Below are positions 57,121 through 64,000 of a stretch of 64,000 nucleotides of DNA, in pieces. Origin of the DNA: an uncultured virus (IMG/VR IMGVR_UViG_3300010883_000018) (taxonomy: Duplodnaviria > Heunggongvirae > Uroviricota > Caudoviricetes); the IMG/VR virus record IMGVR_UViG_3300010883_000018. One strand, 5' to 3'. Below the pieces are notes generated by a model. The model worked only from the letters and a program-made list of their open reading frames with translations. It was not told the DNA's origin and ran no database searches. A program made the position numbers and the translations under genes. The number at the start of each line of letters is the position of its first letter. Within the stretch, counting starts at the first letter, position 1.

Positions 57121-60100
57121 GCATCACAACTTTAGACACTGACGAGCTGCGGGCGGTTTTCGAACGCAATATGGAGATGCCGGCGGCTAGGCAATTTCAG
57201 ATGTTCCCATTTGCCTCTGCCGGTATGCCAGAGGCGGGTGCGGACTTTTCCGATCACGCTAAGTATCTTGTCGGTACTCGCGAGACGGCGGAGGAACAGG
57301 CAGAAGCCGTTAGGTGGGAACTAAACAAACTGTATTTGCGAGCGCTATATGATCCGAGCACGTTTCAGATACCGGTTGCCGTTAAGGGCCGGCAGGAACA
57401 GGCTCGGATCATCCCAGGTCATTACTGGGGTCGCCAAGCCTGCGGGCCGGCACCCTGTGAGGATACTGGTAAGCCTCGCGTGATGGTTGTGGGTAAGATG
57501 CCCAGTCACGAGGACCTCCGCGAGAGTCGCAACTTTATTGGCCCGAGTGGTCAGCAGTTGGGCCGTACGTTGGAGCATATCAATCCCGCAGGTTATTCCG
57601 AGCTGCGTGACTGGTACATCTGTAATCTCGTACGTTGGATCCAACTGGACCCGCAGGGCGGTGCGTTACCTCAGCGGTGGATTAAAGATTGTCTGCCGTT
57701 GCTGCACCAAGAGTTGCGTATTGTACGACCGGAGTTCATTCTTTGTCTTGGCGCCGAAGCCACTAAGGCTGTCTGCGGTAAGGCATGTAGTGTGTCCAAT
57801 ATGGTCGGGCGTTATGTAGAGGTGGAGTTCCCATGTAATGCACCTGATGAGCCGCCGGCTACGCATACGGCCAAAGTCATGGCTGCAGTTCACCCCGCCG
57901 CGGTATTACGTACGACGGATCACTACCCGCAATTTGAAGCTACGCTACGGAATTTTCTGGAGCTGGTGAATGGCAATGATTTCAGCACACCCAGTAGTGC
58001 GCTTGAGATCAAGTATGTCTACAAGGTGCGAGATTTGGCTGCGATTGTGGATGAGGTAATTGCGCAGCCTGGGTTGAAGAAGATTGCAGTGGATGCTGAG
58101 TGGCATGGCAATCATCCCGGTGAACCTGGGTCGTATTTACGGTCAGTGCAATTCAGTTACGCAGATGACTCGGCGGTGGTTGTCGTGCTCACCCATCAGG
58201 GTGGCGCGCCAGCCTTTATGCCTAGTGAGGCGTCGGCTATGCGGGAGCTGTCGCGACTGTTAGATCGCGATGATGTGCAGATTATTGGTCACTTCTTCGC
58301 GGCCGATCTACCTTGGTTGGAGCACCATGGTGTGCGGATTGCGCATCGTTTTGTGGTACCAGCGGATCTGGAGTTGGTGCGGACGGGCGAGTATGCCGGC
58401 GGGTTTGATACGTCGCTGGCTGCCCATGCACACAATGAGACGAGTGAATTCAAATTAGAGGTACTGGGCGTTCGTCACTGCGGTTCCGATCGCTGGGACG
58501 TGGAATTACAGACGTGGCTTAAAGCGTTTTGTCATGAGAATTCTTTGAAGCTAGAGGAGGTGGATGGTTACGGTGAGTGTCCTGCCGAAGTGCTACTACC
58601 TTACGGTGGCAAGGATGCAGCATATACACGCAAACTTCGGGACGTGTACGCAGCAGGCAGTGACAGCACACGGCCTGGCTTGTTGCACTGTGATCGTGTT
58701 GGCAATGATTGCTGGCTGCCGTTTCAGGTCTCCATGATGGCGTTTCCCGCTTTCCTCGAGATGCATATGACGGGCGTGAAAGTTGATCGCGAACGCATCG
58801 ATTTTATGACCGACACTTTTCAAGCGGCGCGGGAGCGGGTGTTGGGTCAATTGCAAGCTGCAATTCGTTGGCCGACATTTAACCCCCGTAGCACGCAGCA
58901 GTGCGTGGAGTTCCTGTTTGGCGAGGCGTACAGCACAAAACGGGATGAGAACGGTAATCGCGTCTCTGTACGACCGGAGGGCGCCATGACGTTGGATCTC
59001 ACTCCGGTGAAAACTACGGGCGCTCGGGGCAAAGCCTGGGCCCGCGTACAGGCTGATGGGGATAGTGATAAGTTCAACCCCAGTACCGATAAGGAAGTCT
59101 GCGGTATTCTGGGGCTAACCAATGATTTGGCGTTACGGCTACGTGACGTACGTTTGATCGATCAAACCCTCAAATCAGTCTTTCGTGCGCCATTACGTGA
59201 CGGCGGCGCGCTGGTTATCAGTGAGGGTCATCGTGTCTACAAGGGTGGCATCGCATCGTTCATCGGACATGACGATCGGATCCATAGCTTCTTCTCGCAG
59301 CATAAGGAAACGGGGCGGGCAAGCTCTAAACGCCCACCGCTCCAGAATCTGTCCAAGCGACGCGAGATGGATTACAAGCGGATTTTGGCGGATGCCTACC
59401 GCTATAAAATTCGCTCCTTCATGACGAGTAATACGGATCCCGCGTACGGCGAGCCTACCGTACTGGTTGAGGCTGATTACAAGGGTGCCGAGTTGTTTGG
59501 TACAGCCACGCAGTCTCGTGACGAAGCGATGATTGATCATTGCCTGCGGGCAAACCTGCCGGAGGATCATCCGAATTTTTACGACATCCATTCCAATGTG
59601 GCCGTCAATGCTTTTCGTCTGGATTGTGAACCAACCAAATCCGGGCTCGCAAGCATCGACAAAGCAGATTTGCGGGTGGGTGCCAAGAACGTGATCTTCG
59701 GCGGATCGTATGGACGGTCGGCCGAAGCGATCGCACGCCAAGGCCAAGAGGAAGGCGTGCCTATGACTGAGCAGGATGCGGCCTCTATCCTGCAAGCGAT
59801 TTTCGATATGTACCCTGGAATTCCTCAACTGCAAGAGGCGTTGCGTATGCGGGCTAAGAGCCCTTCCTGGGTCTGCAATTGTTTTGGCCGATATCGTCGC
59901 GTGATTCCTACGGGAGATCGTGGCGGCATGGGTGAGTTAGAGCGGCAGTTCCTCAATTACCCGTTCCAATCGATGGTGGCTGATGCTGTCAGCATTGCGC
60001 TGTATTACCTGCACAACCATCCCGACAGGGAGCGATTGGGTTATCGGATCGTACTGCAAGTACACGATGCCGTGATCCTTGAGGTACCGACCCGTAGCTT

Positions 60101-60368
60101 GGATGACGTATGCCGTGTTGTGCTGCCTGAGTGCATGGAACAACGCGTCAAATTTAGGGCGTGCGATCTAGATGGTAGCGCTTACCCTGACAGTCCGGAA
60201 TACAACTTCTCTATTGATAGCGAGGTGATGCTGCGGTGGGGTGAGCATATCCCGTGGTCAATCTGTGATGAATTAGGCATCAACCGCGAATACGGTTTTG
60301 CGGATGCATCGCCAGAACCGACACCAGATCCAGTCACTGTAGCCAATACCTTCGGTGACCGAGGATAA
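57117..60368 (+). CDS. Family A DNA polymerase with N-terminal uracil-DNA glycosylase (family 4-like) domain
   Basis: VMVVGKMP...FIGPSG...LCLGAEA...HPAAVLR; exonuclease VDAEW; TGR.SS..P.LQN; ADYKGAE; AKNVIFGGSYG; QVHD. Confidence 0.92.
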   Translation: MSITTLDTDELRAVFERNMEMPAARQFQMFPFASAGMPEAGADFSDHAKYLVGTRETAEEQAEAVRWELNKLYLRALYDPSTFQIPVAVKGRQEQARIIPGHYWGRQACGPAPCEDTGKPRVMVVGKMPSHEDLRESRNFIGPSGQQLGRTLEHINPAGYSELRDWYICNLVRWIQLDPQGGALPQRWIKDCLPLLHQELRIVRPEFILCLGAEATKAVCGKACSVSNMVGRYVEVEFPCNAPDEPPATHTAKVMAAVHPAAVLRTTDHYPQFEATLRNFLELVNGNDFSTPSSALEIKYVYKVRDLAAIVDEVIAQPGLKKIAVDAEWHGNHPGEPGSYLRSVQFSYADDSAVVVVLTHQGGAPAFMPSEASAMRELSRLLDRDDVQIIGHFFAADLPWLEHHGVRIAHRFVVPADLELVRTGEYAGGFDTSLAAHAHNETSEFKLEVLGVRHCGSDRWDVELQTWLKAFCHENSLKLEEVDGYGECPAEVLLPYGGKDAAYTRKLRDVYAAGSDSTRPGLLHCDRVGNDCWLPFQVSMMAFPAFLEMHMTGVKVDRERIDFMTDTFQAARERVLGQLQAAIRWPTFNPRSTQQCVEFLFGEAYSTKRDENGNRVSVRPEGAMTLDLTPVKTTGARGKAWARVQADGDSDKFNPSTDKEVCGILGLTNDLALRLRDVRLIDQTLKSVFRAPLRDGGALVISEGHRVYKGGIASFIGHDDRIHSFFSQHKETGRASSKRPPLQNLSKRREMDYKRILADAYRYKIRSFMTSNTDPAYGEPTVLVEADYKGAELFGTATQSRDEAMIDHCLRANLPEDHPNFYDIHSNVAVNAFRLDCEPTKSGLASIDKADLRVGAKNVIFGGSYGRSAEAIARQGQEEGVPMTEQDAASILQAIFDMYPGIPQLQEALRMRAKSPSWVCNCFGRYRRVIPTGDRGGMGELERQFLNYPFQSMVADAVSIALYYLHNHPDRERLGYRIVLQVHDAVILEVPTRSLDDVCRVVLPECMEQRVKFRACDLDGSAYPDSPEYNFSIDSEVMLRWGEHIPWSICDELGINREYGFADASPEPTPDPVTVANTFGDRG

Positions 60369-60431
60369 GCACTTTTTACTGTCCGTGTTACTTTTTACTG
60401 TTTGCGTTACTTTTTACTTTTGGAGACAGGT

Positions 60432-61967
60432 ATGCCACGAACGAACGAGCCAGTTACTCGTCGTTATCGATTCAAGGACGACGGGGGCAGCTCCCGTACT
60501 GGGTTGCAGGGCGTTTACGTCCTCAAGGACAACTCCGGTTGTCAGATCTACAAGCCGACGTGGAATCACACCAGGACGGTGTTCCGGCTGTTCCCGGGTC
60601 GGAATCCTGAGGATTTGACCCAACTAGATCCTTGCCGAATGAGCGAGGAACCGCGGGATTACGGCGATTGGATTCGGCGCTACGATGCGGTGACTGGGCT
60701 GGGGTATCCTGGCATCACCTACCTGATGCGGGATCCGCGAGAGCCTGGCGTGGACATTCAACAGAACCCCGCTTGGTTGCTCTTCCGCGCCATCGACGGG
60801 GCTATGAAGAAGGGTACGGGACAAGCGAGTTGGACCCCGTTGATGCATGGCCAGGCAGGCCGCGGTGCGGCTATCAGTCGCCCGACGGATATCTACTTAG
60901 CGCAAGGTGTGCTGATGGAGCACAAGTCACAGCCGAAATCTCCGCCGATGGGTTTGGATCCCGAAGGGAGTACGATTGTGATGATGACGAGTCAGTCGGC
61001 CGGCGAGGCGTTGATGGACTCGCTAGACGAGAAGAACTCGGATGGTACTTGGAAGTGGGCAGACATTACCCACATAGACGGCGGTGCCTTCATTGACCTG
61101 CATCAGGAAGGTACACCGGACTTTACCGGGCAAGGGCAGCAACAACAGCAGCAAGCCGGGCCTATGTTAGGAGTCGGTGCTGCGACTGTGGGCAATGCCG
61201 GACGCGGCCGCGGCGGCGGGTCGGGCTTCAGCCGATATGAATGTACGTTACGGACGGACTATCACCAGACGCCGGCTGTTTTGACAGCGGCAGCGGAAAT
61301 TGTGTACGCCAAGATAAAGCCGTTTGATGAGATCATTCGGGTACCAACCATCGAAGAGCAAGTCCGTTACATTTGCAATGCGGGACTGCCAGCATCCGCT
61401 GTGGTTTACGCACTGCAGGACATGTATGGCGAGTTCATTCCGGAGACCGTATACGAGCAGGCTCGCGCGGAAACTACGCGTGGACAGGTTGCCGTAACTG
61501 CTGCACCAGCACAAGGTGCGGTTGTCCCAGCACCCCCCGGTCCGACACTAGCGCCAGGCGTACCCGCAACGGGTCAAATGCTTGGGGTGCCCACTGGAAC
61601 ACCGACACCACCATTACAAACACCACCGCCACCAAGTGCGGCACTCGGACAGCCCGCACCACCAGTACCGACGCAACAGGCGCCGATGCTTGGCGCGCCG
61701 CCCGTAGTAGCACCGGCGGCAGCACCCCTGGCAGCACCTCAGGTGCCGATGCTTGGGGCGTCACCTGTACCACCTATGGCGACCCCGCAGCAATCTGCAG
61801 CGGTAGTGCCACAAGCTACAGCGCCCACGGTACTGCAACCTGCGGCTCCACAGGGGCAACCAGAAGCGCCGCCATTTGATCCCCAGCCAACACACGCAGA
61901 TCCAGCGACGGCGCAGGCTACTGCGGACGCGTTGGCCCAAGCAAGGGAGCGTGCACGCCAAGTTTAG
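60432..61967 (+). CDS. Putative ssDNA-binding or recombination protein with Pro/Ala/Gln-rich tail
   Basis: Lies between the polymerase and the recombinase; function inferred from context only. Confidence 0.45.
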   Translation: MPRTNEPVTRRYRFKDDGGSSRTGLQGVYVLKDNSGCQIYKPTWNHTRTVFRLFPGRNPEDLTQLDPCRMSEEPRDYGDWIRRYDAVTGLGYPGITYLMRDPREPGVDIQQNPAWLLFRAIDGAMKKGTGQASWTPLMHGQAGRGAAISRPTDIYLAQGVLMEHKSQPKSPPMGLDPEGSTIVMMTSQSAGEALMDSLDEKNSDGTWKWADITHIDGGAFIDLHQEGTPDFTGQGQQQQQQAGPMLGVGAATVGNAGRGRGGGSGFSRYECTLRTDYHQTPAVLTAAAEIVYAKIKPFDEIIRVPTIEEQVRYICNAGLPASAVVYALQDMYGEFIPETVYEQARAETTRGQVAVTAAPAQGAVVPAPPGPTLAPGVPATGQMLGVPTGTPTPPLQTPPPPSAALGQPAPPVPTQQAPMLGAPPVVAPAAAPLAAPQVPMLGASPVPPMATPQQSAAVVPQATAPTVLQPAAPQGQPEAPPFDPQPTHADPATAQATADALAQARERARQV

Positions 61968-62041
61968 GCCACATGGTTAATTGTCACGGGCTGTCCCGTG
62001 AGGGGCAGCCGTGGCAATTGGCTTGTTTTTTGGAGAGATTG

Positions 62042-63394
62042 ATGGCTAAAAAAGCGACGAGAGCTAAGAAGACAATTGTTACGCGATCCGTGGATAGTGT
62101 GGCTAATCCAGGTGCTCGCAGTGTTGCGAGGGATAGCGTATTGGGTGCGTCAATTTCCGACGTGGAAGGTAAGAGCGCAAAAGCAGGGCTTTTGGTTGGG
62201 GGTCAGAGTGCTATTCACGTGCTTCCTGTGCCGGCATTAGCTGTGCGATATTTATTACAGAATGAAGGATGGCCGCTATCCCGCGTCTATCAGTTTGTAG
62301 GCGCTGAGGGTTCGTACAAATCCACGACGTTGGCGGAAGTGATGCGTTGGCATTGGGATGCGAATGGGTTTGGCGTACTTAACGAGGCCGAGACGAAACC
62401 AACGCCAGATCTACGTAATTCGATCGTCAACTGGGAACCCAACGCAATTCGTGTGGAAGATTGCCACGCGCTCGAGGATTGGCAGTGGAAGGCAGTAAGT
62501 TATGTCAACTCGATTAAGAAGCAGTGCGATAAAGTAGGCGGCCCCGGGCGTACGATTCCCGTGTGTATCGGGGTGGATTCGTTACTGGGTAAGGCCAGTC
62601 GTCACACCTTGGCCGCGATGGATAAGAAGGGGCACGCCGATCGGCACTACGCCCTCGAGGCAAATCTCATTAAGGACTTCATGCAGTGGTTTCCACAGAA
62701 GCTGTATGAATGGCCTTTCACCTTCATCGGTATCAATCATCTCAAGATGGGTACCAACGATATCGGAATGCCAGTGCGGAATATTCCCGGCGGTATGGCG
62801 ATCAAGTTCCAGGAGACGGTCCAAATAGAGATCGGGCTGCAGCGTCAGGAGACTCAGGCAGACTGTAAGATCTCGCACCTGGTGATGCAGACTTACAAGA
62901 ACAGTTACGGGCCGAAGAACACTCGGATTCATGTCAAGCTTACGCATTGGTATCAGAACGATGCTGCGGAGGGTGCAGAACCTATTTTCCGGCTGCACAG
63001 CCGTTACGAATGGTGGGAGGCTTCGATACTCTTCCTCTTCAAAGGGTTGGGTATGCGAAAGACTGAGTCAGATCGATTGATGCCCAAGATTAAGGACATC
63101 ATCGACCTGCATGAGAAGTCGGCCGGTAACCAGGGACTGAGGTACTGGTCTAACCGGTTGGGGGTGACCTCTGCGGATCCGGTGACCGCACACGAACTCG
63201 GCATGTTGCTCGAGACCAATGTTGAGGTACTGGGTGAACTGTACACCGTCTTAGGCATCAATCGGCGACCGTTTTTCCAGCCGACCGTCGACTACCTCCA
63301 GCAACTGGAAGAGTACACCCACGTCATTCGACAGGCAGATGCTGCGAGTGAGGCCGTGCAACGTGCGGCGGCGTTATCCGGAGGTGATGCATGA
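62042..63394 (+). CDS. RecA/UvsX-like recombinase
   Basis: GAEGSYKST, VDSL, INH, PGG.AIKF, YKNS. Confidence 0.85.
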   Translation: MAKKATRAKKTIVTRSVDSVANPGARSVARDSVLGASISDVEGKSAKAGLLVGGQSAIHVLPVPALAVRYLLQNEGWPLSRVYQFVGAEGSYKSTTLAEVMRWHWDANGFGVLNEAETKPTPDLRNSIVNWEPNAIRVEDCHALEDWQWKAVSYVNSIKKQCDKVGGPGRTIPVCIGVDSLLGKASRHTLAAMDKKGHADRHYALEANLIKDFMQWFPQKLYEWPFTFIGINHLKMGTNDIGMPVRNIPGGMAIKFQETVQIEIGLQRQETQADCKISHLVMQTYKNSYGPKNTRIHVKLTHWYQNDAAEGAEPIFRLHSRYEWWEASILFLFKGLGMRKTESDRLMPKIKDIIDLHEKSAGNQGLRYWSNRLGVTSADPVTAHELGMLLETNVEVLGELYTVLGINRRPFFQPTVDYLQQLEEYTHVIRQADAASEAVQRAAALSGGDA

Positions 63395-63858
63395 CTCGGT
63401 CATGGTTGCCCGATTGGGAAGAAGTAAATCGTGAGCGCGAGTCGCAGTTCAATCAACGCGTGGCACTGGAAATCGTCAAATTGACGGATGTACCCACGCC
63501 GCAGTCAGAAGTGGAGTGCCCACTACTGTATCCATTTTGCCAGGATATCGGCCTGCCAGTGTTACTGGAGTGCCACAAGCTCAAAGACATGGATCATCTG
63601 TCAGAGGAGCTGAAGAAGCATAAGACGAAGACGCCCGTGTACGAGGCTTGGCGGAAACTCCGCGAGGATGTGGCCGTAGATAGTCCTGTAGGTGTGGTCT
63701 TCGATTGGCCATACATGGGACGCTTCTGGGTTTTTCACGACCTGGGGCAGTTCCCCGAGGCTGGCGATGGGTCTTTTTACAGAGTCAAAGGCAAGCTATT
63801 CATCCTACAGTCATTGGCCGATTTGCTGGCCGGGCTTGGATCTTGTGAGGGGTGGTAA
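63391..63858 (+). CDS. Hypothetical protein
   Basis: GGAGG RBS; ATGA overlap. Confidence 0.65.
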   Translation: MTRSWLPDWEEVNRERESQFNQRVALEIVKLTDVPTPQSEVECPLLYPFCQDIGLPVLLECHKLKDMDHLSEELKKHKTKTPVYEAWRKLREDVAVDSPVGVVFDWPYMGRFWVFHDLGQFPEAGDGSFYRVKGKLFILQSLADLLAGLGSCEGW

Positions 63859-64000
63859 TGTCGCAGGCTACGCGGATAAAGCAGCCGCTATTGGTTGCGG
63901 AGACGGTTAGAAAGGACTTCACCGCCAACGATGTCGATGCGTTCATGCAGTACGTGGAGCGACTCGATGACGCCACGATCAATGCGACGCTTAATAGCCC

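Noticed and set aside
19338..59834. Long antisense ORFs such as 19338-20174, 33475-34308 and 59193-59834
   Set aside because: They are shadow frames of GC-rich genes that have clear motifs or context on the opposite strand.
1..64000. Alternative genetic code (stop-codon reassignment)
   Set aside because: Long conserved genes are intact under the standard code, and TAA, TAG and TGA all end genes.

Overview
This window looks like 64 kb of a large lytic dsDNA phage genome (jumbo-phage-like). It is gene-dense, mostly + strand, and has no rRNA or host housekeeping operons. A Planctomycetota-like host is a weak inference from the csrA and DUF1257/DUF2997 genes. From left to right it holds: Ser-rich, Cys-rich and collagen-like putative fibre genes with glycosyltransferases and an Endo VII homing nuclease (1-6.2 kb); an accessory island where most cargo genes are preceded by the same covarying multi-hairpin leader (6.7-14.3 kb); an AAA/DUF1257/DUF2997/DUF3150 cluster; a primase-like protein, terminase large subunit, RNase H and a GHKL ATPase; a stand-alone Cas7/Csf2-like RAMP gene followed by two long non-coding arrays of GT-NNN pentamers punctuated into 31/36/41-nt units (36.1-38.2 kb); hldE and csrA; Mre11/Rad50; an IS110/Nop-like gene next to a second small RAMP; and a replication module (SF2 helicase, DnaB-like helicase, primase, UDG-fused family A polymerase, probable SSB, RecA/UvsX). 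The strongest candidate for a new system is the RAMP plus pentamer-array locus, which may be a non-CRISPR RNA-guided system. The second is the repeated leader/cassette element. All product calls come from motifs read by eye; no database searches were run.
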